From positions 820,870 to 884,869 of the forward strand of contig CAWEYG010000002.1 of the NCBI GenBank assembly GCA_963813155.1: DNA of 64,000 nucleotides, written 5' to 3'. This stretch comes from an uncultured Acidobacteriota bacterium. Lineage in GTDB: Bacteria > Acidobacteriota > Thermoanaerobaculia > UBA5066 > DATFVB01. Position numbers and translations under genes: made by a program. The notes under the pieces are model-generated. The model made no database searches and was not told the origin of the DNA. It was given only the letters and a program-made list of their open reading frames with translations. This document shows positions 9,817-18,900 of this stretch, piece by piece. The stretch's first letter is position 1, and each line of letters starts with the position of its first letter.

Positions 9817-12800
9817 CTATTTTTGAATTCCTTTCCAGGTCGCGATGAGGCGCTCGAAATCGGCGCGGGCGCTCTCGAGCTCGGCGAGCGCCTGCTCGGT
9901 CGGCGCGACGTCGGCGCTTTCGATCGCCTGAAACGCGGCAGAGGCCCGGGCGTTGACGGACTCAAAGCTGTTTTTCCCCGAGGAGAGCGACGCGACCGCG
10001 TCGGACGGCTTGCGCTTCTGGAGCTCTTTCGCGTCTTCGAGCGCCGCGTAGGAAAGACTCATCAGCTGCGCCGCGTGCTTCGCCGCGTCGAACTGCCGGG
10101 CGAGGTCTTCGGCCGTCGCGTGCACGCGCGGGTCCATCCGAAGAGTCCACGACTGGGTCTGGCTCTTTCCGCCGATTGTCAGTCGAGCCGAATATTTCCC
10201 CGGTGGAACGAGAATTCCGTCCGGCTCGATCGGGGTGTCTTCTCCCCAGATCGCGGCGATCGAGAAGTCGTAGGCCGCGCTCTTCGGACGCTCGGAGCGC
10301 AGGTCCCAGACGAAACGGTGGTGTCCCGGCGCGGCCGAGAGAGGAGGTTCCGGCTTGAGCCAGGCCTCGACGAAATACCGCTCCGCGGCCGCGGAGGCGA
10401 TCTTGTCTTCGCTGGAAACCCGGCGCACGACGTTGCCCTGCGAATCGAGGATCTCGAGAGAGACCGGACCGTCGGCTCGGGATCGGATCACGTAGTCGAT
10501 CACGGCTCCCGCGGGGGGATTGGGCCCGAGCGGCGTCTCCGGCGGCAGCGGCGTGTCGTGGTTCTCGTTGCGCCGCACGCGAACGGCCTCGGCGGGGCGG
10601 AAAAGGTGCCACGGGGCCTGCGCCACGTCAGGCGACAGCTCGCGCAGGGGCGAAACGTCGTCGAGCACCCAGATCGCGCGCCCCTGAGTCGCCGCGATCA
10701 GGTCGTTCCCGTGGACGAGAAGGTCGCCGACCCAGACGGTCGGAAGATTCAGGCTCAGGGACTGCCAGGAGGCGCCGTCGTCGGGCGAAACGAAGACCCC
10801 CGAGCTCGTGCCGGCATAGATCAGGCCGCGGCGCGCCGGATCGGCCCGGACGACCTGGACGAACCCGTCGCGAGGAAGTCCCTTCGCGATCGCGGTCCAT
10901 GTCCGTCCGCCATCGTGCGTGGCGTACGCGTGCGGCGTGAAGTCGTCCAGCCGGTGGGTGTCGACGGCCGCGTAGACGGTCGCGGGATCGAGCGCCGACA
11001 CGTCGAGCGTCGCGATCTTGCTCCAGGGGGCGATCCCCTTCGGCGTCACGTCGGACCAGCTCTTCCCGCCGTCTCGAGTCACCTGGATCCTGCCGTTGTC
11101 GGTGCCGATCCAGATCTCGTCGTCGGTCTTCGGCGAGATCGCGATCGTGAAAATGACGCCGAAGCCGCACGGGCCGGCGTTCTGGAGCGTGATCGCTCCC
11201 TCGCATCCTTTGGTCCCGGGCACGGCTCCCGAGAGATCCGGGCTCACGGTCTTCCAGGAGCGGCCCTTGTCGTCGGAGCGAAACAGGAACTGCGAGCCCT
11301 GGAAGATCGCGTACGGCGGCCGTGGCGAAACGGCGAGCGGCGTGATCCACGTGTAGCGATACTTCACGTCGGTCGCCCTTTGCGCGTAGGTGCTCACCAC
11401 CCCGGGGTCGATCGCCGCCTTCTGACCGGTCCGGCCGTCGAAGCGGACGAGGCCGCCGCCGAGCCCGCTGCCGTAGATGATCTCCGGGTCGGACGGATCG
11501 GGAACATCGTAGTCCCGCTCGTCGCCTCCCACGGGGTGCCATTCCCGGTAGCTCAGCGCGCCGTAGTCGCTGCGCGAAGCGATTCCGACGGTGCCGCTGT
11601 CCTGCTGGCCGCTGTAGATCCAGTAGGGAAACCGGTCGTCGGCCGCGAGATGGTAGAACTGCCCCGTCGGCTGGTTGTACCAGCTGCTCCACGTTTTTCC
11701 CCCGTTGACGGAAACGACGGTTCCCTGATCGCTCGCCGTCACCAGGTGGTCGGGACGTTTCGGATTGATCCAGAGAAAGTGGTAGTCGTCGCCGCCCGGC
11801 GAGCCTTTGAACGCTTCGAACGTCTTGCCGCCGTCCGTCGAGCGCCGAATCGACTGTCCCGTCATGTACACCGTGTCGCGATCCCGCGGGTCCGCGGTCA
11901 CGCGTCCGAAATAGTCGCTTCCGACCCACCGCTCGGCATTCACTCGCGTCCAGGAGGCGCCGCCGTCGTCGGAGCGGTACAGACCCGTTTGCGTCTCCCC
12001 GCCGCGCGAGCGGCCGGCGTTGCCGGAGATGGCGCGGGCGTCCACGGCCGCGTAGACGCGTCCGCCGGGCGCGACCGCGAGCCCGATCCGGCCAAGGCCG
12101 TCACCCGGCGGCCATCCGTTCCCGGAAAGTCGTTTCCACGTTCTGCCGCCGTCCTGCGACTTGTAGACTCCGCTTCCCGGTCCCACGTTGGGCCGGAAAT
12201 AGGAGAGCCAGGGAGAATTGCGAGCCTGCCACAGCGCGGCGTACACGATCGACGGGTCCGCCGGATCGGCCGCGAGATCGACCGCGCCGGTGTTCTCGTC
12301 GACGAACAGCGCTTTCGTCCACGTCTTTCCGCCGTCTTCGGTTCGAAAGACCCCGCGTTCCGCGTTCGGGCCGAAAATGTGGCCCATCGCCGCGACGAGC
12401 ACGGCGTCCGGATTCCGTGGGTCGACGACGATGCGGCCGATCGCGCGGGTTCCCGAGAGTCCGATGTGGCGCCAGGTGCGGCCGCCGTCGTCGGACCGGA
12501 ACACGCCGTCGCCCGAAGCCAGGTCGTAACGCGTCTCGACCTGGCCCGTTCCGACGTAGAGAATCTTCGGATTCGACGGCGCGATCGCGATCGAGTCGAC
12601 GCTCGCCGTGCTCTCGTTCTGGAACAGCGGCTCCCATGTCTGTCCGGCGTCGTCGGTCTTCCAGACGCCGCCGACGGCGGCCCCGAAGTAGAAAACGTCG
12701 GGCTGATCGGGAATTCCCTCCGCGCACGTCGACCACCCCGCGCGAAACGGCCCGATGTTGCGCCAGCGCAGGCCGGAGTACAGGTCGGGGCTGCCGACGG

Positions 12801-12879
12801 GACCCGCGGCCCCCGCCGCCACGAGCGGAGAGGCGGCGAACAGACACACGGCGACAAGGATCGCGAAGAAACGCTGCAT
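9817..12879 (-). CDS. Secreted BNR/Asp-box repeat (VPS10/sortilin-like) glycosyl-hydrolase-like protein
   Basis: Signal peptide, WRNIGPFRAG start motif, many SxDGGxTW Asp-boxes. Confidence 0.88.
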   Translation of the reverse strand: MQRFFAILVAVCLFAASPLVAAGAAGPVGSPDLYSGLRWRNIGPFRAGWSTCAEGIPDQPDVFYFGAAVGGVWKTDDAGQTWEPLFQNESTASVDSIAIAPSNPKILYVGTGQVETRYDLASGDGVFRSDDGGRTWRHIGLSGTRAIGRIVVDPRNPDAVLVAAMGHIFGPNAERGVFRTEDGGKTWTKALFVDENTGAVDLAADPADPSIVYAALWQARNSPWLSYFRPNVGPGSGVYKSQDGGRTWKRLSGNGWPPGDGLGRIGLAVAPGGRVYAAVDARAISGNAGRSRGGETQTGLYRSDDGGASWTRVNAERWVGSDYFGRVTADPRDRDTVYMTGQSIRRSTDGGKTFEAFKGSPGGDDYHFLWINPKRPDHLVTASDQGTVVSVNGGKTWSSWYNQPTGQFYHLAADDRFPYWIYSGQQDSGTVGIASRSDYGALSYREWHPVGGDERDYDVPDPSDPEIIYGSGLGGGLVRFDGRTGQKAAIDPGVVSTYAQRATDVKYRYTWITPLAVSPRPPYAIFQGSQFLFRSDDKGRSWKTVSPDLSGAVPGTKGCEGAITLQNAGPCGFGVIFTIAISPKTDDEIWIGTDNGRIQVTRDGGKSWSDVTPKGIAPWSKIATLDVSALDPATVYAAVDTHRLDDFTPHAYATHDGGRTWTAIAKGLPRDGFVQVVRADPARRGLIYAGTSSGVFVSPDDGASWQSLSLNLPTVWVGDLLVHGNDLIAATQGRAIWVLDDVSPLRELSPDVAQAPWHLFRPAEAVRVRRNENHDTPLPPETPLGPNPPAGAVIDYVIRSRADGPVSLEILDSQGNVVRRVSSEDKIASAAAERYFVEAWLKPEPPLSAAPGHHRFVWDLRSERPKSAAYDFSIAAIWGEDTPIEPDGILVPPGKYSARLTIGGKSQTQSWTLRMDPRVHATAEDLARQFDAAKHAAQLMSLSYAALEDAKELQKRKPSDAVASLSSGKNSFESVNARASAAFQAIESADVAPTEQALAELESARADFERLIATWKGIQK

Positions 12880-12901
12880 TTGCTGACTCCTGTTCGAGAA
12901 G

Positions 12902-13201
12902 CTACTCGACGACGCTGAAAATCTCGCGGTGGCCCGTTTTGACCAGCGGCACCATTTTCGCGTACCACGCCTGCCAGCCGGCGTCGGCGGTGATCGCCTG
13001 CTGGCCGCGCTCGAGGTCCGCGAGCGAAGGAAACGACAACTCGAAAACCAGGGTGTAGAAGGAGCCGGTCACGTCGGTGAGCACCCGGGTCGCCTTCGCG
13101 TGGCCGAGGCGGTTGCTGATCGCGACGCCCTCCTTCATCACTTCCTTGGCTTCCTTGGCTTTCCCGAATTTCAGCTGAAAAACGTTTCGAACGACGATCA
13201 T
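12902..13201 (-). CDS. Small hypothetical protein, NIPSNAP-like alpha/beta barrel
   Basis: MIVVRNVFQLKFGKAKEA...RVLTDVTGSFYTLVFE; GGAGG RBS and TAGAAT -10 upstream. Confidence 0.7.
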   Translation of the reverse strand: MIVVRNVFQLKFGKAKEAKEVMKEGVAISNRLGHAKATRVLTDVTGSFYTLVFELSFPSLADLERGQQAITADAGWQAWYAKMVPLVKTGHREIFSVVE

Positions 13202-13269
13202 CGTGTGACCTCCGCGCGGTATTCTACGCCTCGGCTCTCATCTTCAAAGCCGATCCTCGGCTTCCATCT

Positions 13270-14685
13270 TCAAACCCGATCCTCGGCTTCCTCCTTCAAA
13301 AGCTCCCAGAGCGCCGCCACGTGCTCGCGCTCGGTCGGCAGCGCCCCGATCGAAACGCGCACCATCCACTTGCCGTCGAGAATCGCCGGCGTGAGATACG
13401 CGCGGCCCGAGCGGTTGACCCGTTCGGCCCAGTCGAGCGTGTGGCGGTCGAGAGCCTCCCCCGAGAGCCCCTCCGGCTCGTGCCGCAGGCAAACAGTTTG
13501 AAGCACGACGGGGGCCAGCACGTGCCAGTTCTCCCGGCTCGCGACCTCGGATTCGAGCCAGCGCGCGTTCTCGATGTCCCGGCGCAGCCTCCGGCGCAGG
13601 CCCTCGACCCCTTCGGCTCGGATCAAGAACCAGAGCTTCAGGGACCGGAACCTCCGCCCGAGCGGGATTCCCCAGTCGCGATAGTTCCTCACCCGCTCGT
13701 CCATCGCGCTCTGGAGATAGCTCGGGTTCGTGCTCATCACGCGCACGAGGTGCTCCGGGTCGCGGACGTAGTAAACCGAACAGTCGCACGCCGCCCCGAG
13801 CCACTTGTGCGGGTTGACGACGACGGAATCGGCGGACTCGATTCCCTGCCAGAGCGGCCGAAGCTCCGGGAGAAGCATCCCCGAACCGGACATGGCCGCA
13901 TCGACATGGAGCCAGAGCCCGTGCTCCCGCGCGATCGCCGCAATTTTCTCGATCGGGTCGAAGGCCGTCGTCGCCGTCGTTCCGGCTGTCGCGACGACGG
14001 CGCACGGCCGGATGCCGGCCGCAAGATCGGCGCGGACGGCCGCGGCCAGCGCCTCGGCCCGCAGGGCGTGCGAAGCGTCGCCCGGAATCTTCCGGACGTT
14101 CTCGCGGCCGAACCCGGAAAGGAGCGCCGCCTTCTCGACGGAGCTGTGGCTCTGGTCGGAGCAATAGACGGCCAGGGGCGCCTGCCCGGCCATTCCTCCG
14201 TGCGCAAGCGAGTAGCCCGTCGTCCTCTCGCGCGCGCAGATGAGCGCCTGAAGCGTCGCGGTCGAAGCCGTGTCGGCGATTGTCCCGCTCCAGGCGTTCG
14301 AGAGCCCCATCATCCCGCGCAGCCAGTCGGTGACGACCTCTTCGACTTCGGTCAGCGCGGGACTCGCCTGCCAGGAGAGCCCCACGCCGCCGATCCCTGT
14401 CGACACGATGTCGCCGAGCACCGCGGACAGGTCGTTGTTGGCCGGGAAGAATCCGAAGAAGCTCGGGTGCTGCCAGTTCGTCATCGCGGGGATCACGAGC
14501 CGGTCGAGATCGTCGAGGACCCGGTCGAACGGCTCGGCGCTCTCGGGAGGCGAGGCCGGAAGCCGGGATTTCAGATCGCCGGGCTCGACGCGCGGCAGGA
14601 CCGGCAGCCCGGCGACGCTCTCGCGGTAGTCCGCGATCCGGTCGATCAGCCGGTGGCCGTGTCTCCGAAATTCTTCAGGAGTCAT
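13270..14685 (-). CDS. PLP-dependent group II (aromatic L-amino acid) decarboxylase
   Basis: MTPEEFRR start, WQHPSFFGFFP, HSSVEKA, WLHVDAA, NPHKWL PLP-Lys, LGRRFRSLKLW. Confidence 0.92.
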   Translation of the reverse strand: MTPEEFRRHGHRLIDRIADYRESVAGLPVLPRVEPGDLKSRLPASPPESAEPFDRVLDDLDRLVIPAMTNWQHPSFFGFFPANNDLSAVLGDIVSTGIGGVGLSWQASPALTEVEEVVTDWLRGMMGLSNAWSGTIADTASTATLQALICARERTTGYSLAHGGMAGQAPLAVYCSDQSHSSVEKAALLSGFGRENVRKIPGDASHALRAEALAAAVRADLAAGIRPCAVVATAGTTATTAFDPIEKIAAIAREHGLWLHVDAAMSGSGMLLPELRPLWQGIESADSVVVNPHKWLGAACDCSVYYVRDPEHLVRVMSTNPSYLQSAMDERVRNYRDWGIPLGRRFRSLKLWFLIRAEGVEGLRRRLRRDIENARWLESEVASRENWHVLAPVVLQTVCLRHEPEGLSGEALDRHTLDWAERVNRSGRAYLTPAILDGKWMVRVSIGALPTEREHVAALWELLKEEAEDRV

Positions 14686-14749
14686 GGGACCTCCGCTGGC
14701 GTTTCTACCACGGCGCTCCAGGACCCTCCAGAGGTTAGAATGCGTTCCG

Positions 14750-15517
14750 ATGCCTCCGTCCGAATTCACGCTCGACTTCGATCGCCAGCGCCGGCTCGGT
14801 TTTCCGGAAGTCGTGCTCGCGACCGGCAAGCTCCCGGACCAGATCGTCGCGATCTGCCGGCAGCTCGCGAGAGAGCACGACGTCCTCGTGACGAGGCTCG
14901 GCCCCGACCCCTGGGAAGAGATCTCCCGCGAGGCCCTGCCCGGGCACGCCGACTACGACGAGCGCTCGAAGACGCTGATCCTCCGGGTCGGAAAGCCGAA
15001 CCGGAAGATCCCGGGCGAGGTGTCGATCGTGACGGCCGGCACGGCCGACATCGCCGTCGCCGAGGAGGCGCGCCGGACGCTCGACTACATGGGGGTCGCT
15101 TCCCGCGTCATCGCCGACGTCGGAGTGGCGGGCGTGGTGCGCCTTCTCTCGAACCTCGAGGAGATCGAGAAAGCCGACCTCGTCATCACGGTGGCGGGAA
15201 TGGAAGGCGCGATCTTCTCGGTGATCGGGGGGCTCGTCGGGCGGCCGATCATCTGCGTGCCGACTTCCGGCGGCTACGGGGCGAACTTCGCGGGACTCGC
15301 GTCGCTCCTCTCGGCCCTCAACTCGTGCGCGAACGGCGTGACCGCCGTCAACATCGATTCCGGGTACGGCGCCGCGATGGCGGCGTACCGAATCCTTTCG
15401 AAAGGACCCCAAACATGGCAAAAACCCAGGGAAAGCGCCGCGTCGGCAAAACGGCCGAGGAGTACGTCCACAGCGCGGCGGTCGGCGTCGACCGCCGCAA
15501 GAAGAAAGCGCTCCTAG
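14750..15517 (+). CDS. larB: LarB-like NaAD carboxylase/hydrolase (AIR-carboxylase fold)
   Basis: R.GFPEVV..GK, AGTADI.VAEEA, DVGVAG, AGMEGA, PTS.GYG, LNSCA, VNID.G.GA motifs. Confidence 0.82.
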   Translation: MPPSEFTLDFDRQRRLGFPEVVLATGKLPDQIVAICRQLAREHDVLVTRLGPDPWEEISREALPGHADYDERSKTLILRVGKPNRKIPGEVSIVTAGTADIAVAEEARRTLDYMGVASRVIADVGVAGVVRLLSNLEEIEKADLVITVAGMEGAIFSVIGGLVGRPIICVPTSGGYGANFAGLASLLSALNSCANGVTAVNIDSGYGAAMAAYRILSKGPQTWQKPRESAASAKRPRSTSTARRSASTAARRKRS

Positions 15518-16542
15518 GCCGCGCGACCACCCCGGTCAAGATCGACAAAGACACGACCGTCGCGCAGCTGCTCGACAAGTACCGGGACATCTCCTTTCAG
15601 GCGCGCGCGCTCGGGCGGTGCGGCCAGGTCTTCGAGAAGGCCCTGCGCGACAAGGACCGGCCGACGATCTTCCTCGGCCTCGCGGGCTCGCTCATCGCGG
15701 CCGGAATGCGGCAGGTCATCGTCGACCTGATCGAGAACAACATGGTCGACGTCATCGTCTCGACCGGCGCGATCATTTCCCAGGATTACTACCAGGTTCG
15801 CGGCGGGCGCCACTACCACGGCACGCCCGATATCGACGACCGGATGCTGCGCGATCTCTACATCGACCGGCTCTACGACACGTTCATCGACGAGGAGAAA
15901 TACTGGGAGACCGACATGGCCGTCTCCCATTTCGCCGACCGGCTCACCGGGACCTCGCTGTCTTCCCGCGCCTTTCTTCGGCTTCTCGCGGAGACCGCGC
16001 GCCACGACGACGGCTCGATCCTCGGCGCCTGCGCGCGCCGGAACGTGCCGCTCTTCGTGCCGGCCCTGAACGATTCCTCGATCGGCATCGGCCTGACCGA
16101 GCACTACCACCGGGCGCGCCAGCGGGGGAAGACGCCGTTCCAGATCTCGTCCATCCGGGACAATTACGAGCTGACGCAGATCGTCGTGAAATCGAAGTGC
16201 ACGGCGGCGCTCTACATCTCCGGAGGAGTTCCGAAGAACTACATCAACGATTCCATCGTCATGAGCTACATCTTCGGCCTCGATACGGGCGGCCACCGCT
16301 ACGCGCTCCAGGTCACGACGGACGCGCCGCACTGGGGCGGCCTCGGCGGCTCGACACTGTCGGAAGCGACGTCGTGGGGCAAGGTCTCCAAGACCGCGAC
16401 GCACGAAATGGCGTTCGTCGAGACGTCCGTCGCGCTGCCGATGCTGTACGCCTACGCGCTCCAGAAAAACGCCCACAAAGGGCGCAAGCGCCTGAAGTAC
16501 GTCTGGAAAGACGACGTGCTGGAGAGCTTGAAGGTCGGCTAG
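15415..16542 (+). CDS. Deoxyhypusine synthase-like protein
   Basis: FQARALG, FLGLAGSLIAAGMR, VSTGA, DRLYDT, PALNDSSIG, GGVPKNY, EATSWGK with catalytic Lys; 3' part of the 13321 ORF. Confidence 0.9.
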   Translation: MAKTQGKRRVGKTAEEYVHSAAVGVDRRKKKALLGRATTPVKIDKDTTVAQLLDKYRDISFQARALGRCGQVFEKALRDKDRPTIFLGLAGSLIAAGMRQVIVDLIENNMVDVIVSTGAIISQDYYQVRGGRHYHGTPDIDDRMLRDLYIDRLYDTFIDEEKYWETDMAVSHFADRLTGTSLSSRAFLRLLAETARHDDGSILGACARRNVPLFVPALNDSSIGIGLTEHYHRARQRGKTPFQISSIRDNYELTQIVVKSKCTAALYISGGVPKNYINDSIVMSYIFGLDTGGHRYALQVTTDAPHWGGLGGSTLSEATSWGKVSKTATHEMAFVETSVALPMLYAYALQKNAHKGRKRLKYVWKDDVLESLKVG

Positions 16543-16999
16543 GCCTTCTTCAGCAGCGCGATCTGTCCGGCGTGGTACAGCTCGTGCTGCACGGCGCCGT
16601 GGAGCATCACGTACACCGAATACGGCTTGTTCGGCACGATTTCGCCGAGATGGTCTTCCGGCCACGTGGACACGGCCTCCTCGAGATCGCGATGCGCGCC
16701 CGCGAGCGATTCCCGCGCAGTCTTCCAGGCGCTTTCGGTCGTCGCGGCTCACGGCCGGGAAGTTTTCGGCGGTCGGACGGGTCCCTCCCGTGCCATTCCC
16801 GCAGCCGGCCCGCGACCGTCCGGTCCCACGTCGCGAGGTGAAGGCAGAGCTCCCAGATCGAGTGCGCGCCGCCAACCGGATGCGCGGCGGCCTTCGCGGC
16901 GTCCACGTCCGCGAGCAGCTCCGACAGCGACGGTCCGTGCCAGGCCTCTCCGCCCCAGGATCTCTTCAGCTGGTCGACGATCCGCTCGATTTCGCTCAT
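16539..16999 (-). CDS. DinB family protein with frameshifts at ~16745-16790
   Basis: N-term WHGPSL...HSIWELCLH and C-term HGAVQHELYHAGQIALLKKA* are in different frames. Confidence 0.8.
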
Positions 17000-17574
17000 T
17001 TCGACCTCGAAACTTTGTACCGGAAACAGGTCGTCACGTGGTCGTTGACCATTCCGACCGCCTGCATGTGGGCATAGCAGATCGTCGGCCCCACGAACCG
17101 GAAACCGCGTTCGCGGAGGTCCTTCGAAAGCGCGCGCGATTCTTCCGTCTCGGCCGGAATGTCCGCGAGCGTCGCCCGGCGATTCTGGATCGGCCGCCCG
17201 CCGACGAAGCTCCACATGTAGTCGGAGAACGATCCGAATTCCTTCTGGACCGCGAGAAACGCGCGGGCGTTTTCGCCGGCTGCCGCGATCTTCGCGCGGT
17301 TCCGGACGATCCCTTCGTCTTTCATCAGGCGAAGGCGGTCCCTCCCCGTGAAGCGGGCGATTTTTTTCGGATCGAACCCGCGGAAAGCGCGGCGAAACGC
17401 TTCGCGCTTTCGAAGAATCGTGATCCACGACAGCCCCGCCTGAAAGCCCTCGAGAACGAGGAATTCGAAAAGCACGCGGTCGTCGCGCACCGGGACTCCC
17501 CATTCCGTGTCGTGGTAAGCGACGTACAGGGGATCCTCCCCCGCCCAACCGCAGCGGACCCTCGAATCTTTCAT
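16996..17574 (-). CDS. tag: DNA-3-methyladenine glycosylase I
   Basis: RCGW, YHDTEWG, LEGFQAGLSW, GFRFVGPTICYA, MVNDH...CF. Confidence 0.95.
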   Translation of the reverse strand: MKDSRVRCGWAGEDPLYVAYHDTEWGVPVRDDRVLFEFLVLEGFQAGLSWITILRKREAFRRAFRGFDPKKIARFTGRDRLRLMKDEGIVRNRAKIAAAGENARAFLAVQKEFGSFSDYMWSFVGGRPIQNRRATLADIPAETEESRALSKDLRERGFRFVGPTICYAHMQAVGMVNDHVTTCFRYKVSRSK

Positions 17575-17612
17575 TCCCGGCGAAGGATATCCGAATCGAC
17601 TACGATCTCCCC

Positions 17613-18500
17613 GTGGACCATTCTCGCCTCGAAGAGCATTCCCTCCGCGAGCGCGTCTGGGCCTGGTCTCTCGGCGGGGACCGGATCACGACGAGCTACG
17701 GCGCCAACTGCGTCGCGGTCGTCGGGGATCACGGCGTTCTTCTCGTCGATCCCCTGATCGCGCCGGCGCACGCGCGCCTCGTCGAGGCGGCCCTGCGGGA
17801 AAAGACCGCCGTTCCCGTCCGGTGGGTGCTTCTCACTCACCACCACACCGACCACGCTCTCGGATCGTCCTGGTTCGCGCGGCAGGGCGCCGTCGTGATC
17901 GGGCATGACGAGTGCCGCCGAGGCATGGAAACCCACCATCCGGCGCTCCTCGAGGCGCGGCGTCGCGACCCCGAGCTCGCGGAGCTCTTCGCCGACGCCG
18001 AATCGGCCGCGCCCGCGTTGACGTTTTCCGGGTCTCTGACGCTCGACCTCGGCGGCATCGAGGCCCGCGTTCTCCATTCCGGCCACGGCCACACGGCCGG
18101 AGACGCGGTGCTCCACCTCCCGGGGGAGTCGGTCGCCGTTTGCGGGGACCTCGTCTCCAGCGGATACCACGTCAACTACGAGGACTCTTCGCTCGAAGGC
18201 GTCCGCGCCGGCCTCGAGCTTCTGCGCTCGCTGTCGGCGGAGACGTACGTTCCCGGGCATGGCCGGCCGGGCGGCCGGACGATCCTGGAGGACCAGAAGT
18301 GGTACCACGCGGCGGTCGAGGAGGCGATCCGGGAGGGCGACGCGGCCGAGCGCGACCCCGCGGAAACCGTGAAGATCCTCACGAAGCTCTTTCCCAGTTA
18401 TCTCCTCGAAGGGGTTCTCCCGGACACGGTCAAAGTCGTTTCTTCTGCTCTTCGAGCTCCGCACGCGCCGCCTCGAGCGCCCGCCTTCGGTCCGCATTGA
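17613..18500 (+). CDS. MBL-fold metallo-hydrolase (cyclase-like)
   Basis: THHHTDH, GHTAGD, CGDL, VPGHG motifs. Confidence 0.88.
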   Translation: MDHSRLEEHSLRERVWAWSLGGDRITTSYGANCVAVVGDHGVLLVDPLIAPAHARLVEAALREKTAVPVRWVLLTHHHTDHALGSSWFARQGAVVIGHDECRRGMETHHPALLEARRRDPELAELFADAESAAPALTFSGSLTLDLGGIEARVLHSGHGHTAGDAVLHLPGESVAVCGDLVSSGYHVNYEDSSLEGVRAGLELLRSLSAETYVPGHGRPGGRTILEDQKWYHAAVEEAIREGDAAERDPAETVKILTKLFPSYLLEGVLPDTVKVVSSALRAPHAPPRAPAFGPH

Positions 18501-18678
18501 CAGTCTTCGAAAGCTGATCGGCAATCCGCGCGAGCGAAAGCTCGATCGCCTGAACCCGGGCGCGGCGCTGCGCTTCTTCGGCCGGCGGGCCCCCGGCCTC
18601 GCCGGAATGGCGGTTCGCTCGCTCCGACTCTCTTTCGGCCGGGAGGTCCTCTTCGCTCTTGCCCCAGCCGCGCGCCAA
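18430..18678 (-). CDS. Small hypothetical coiled-coil protein (MARGW-start, 82 aa)
   Basis: TTG start giving MARGWGKSEED...IELSLARIADQL...RRRALEAARAEL; helical amphipathic pattern. Confidence 0.6.
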   Translation of the reverse strand: MARGWGKSEEDLPAERESERANRHSGEAGGPPAEEAQRRARVQAIELSLARIADQLSKTVNADRRRALEAARAELEEQKKRL

Positions 18679-18683
18679 GCCGC

Positions 18684-18875
18684 CTAAGCTCCCGAACCGC
18701 GCGAACCGCCCGGCCTCGAGCCCGGGGCCGGCCCCGGGCAGAAGCTGAAGCGGGTCTGGTCGCTGGCTCCGACGCCGCAATCCGCGCAGACCTCCACGCC
18801 GTCCCGCGCGATCCATCGGTGGAGGCGAGCGCTGCCGGCGCCGGGCATCTTCGGAGCTGGTCTTTCCTGCGGCAT
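18684..18875 (-). CDS. Small hypothetical protein with H/CxxC/C cluster
   Basis: LHRWIARDGVEVCADCG...FSFCPG; tiles between two same-strand genes. Confidence 0.45.
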   Translation of the reverse strand: MPQERPAPKMPGAGSARLHRWIARDGVEVCADCGVGASDQTRFSFCPGPAPGSRPGGSRGSGA

Positions 18876-18900
18876 CCCTTACCCCTTCAATTCTGGCCAC

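Noticed and set aside
9823-12918. Long antisense ORFs (also 4337-6817, 29509-31527, 39149-42679)
   Set aside because: Typical stop-poor shadow frames in high-GC DNA opposite well-supported genes.
13321-16542. 1073-aa ORF ending in a DHS domain
   Set aside because: The first ~700 codons are a shadow frame of the decarboxylase and larB; the real start is near 15415.
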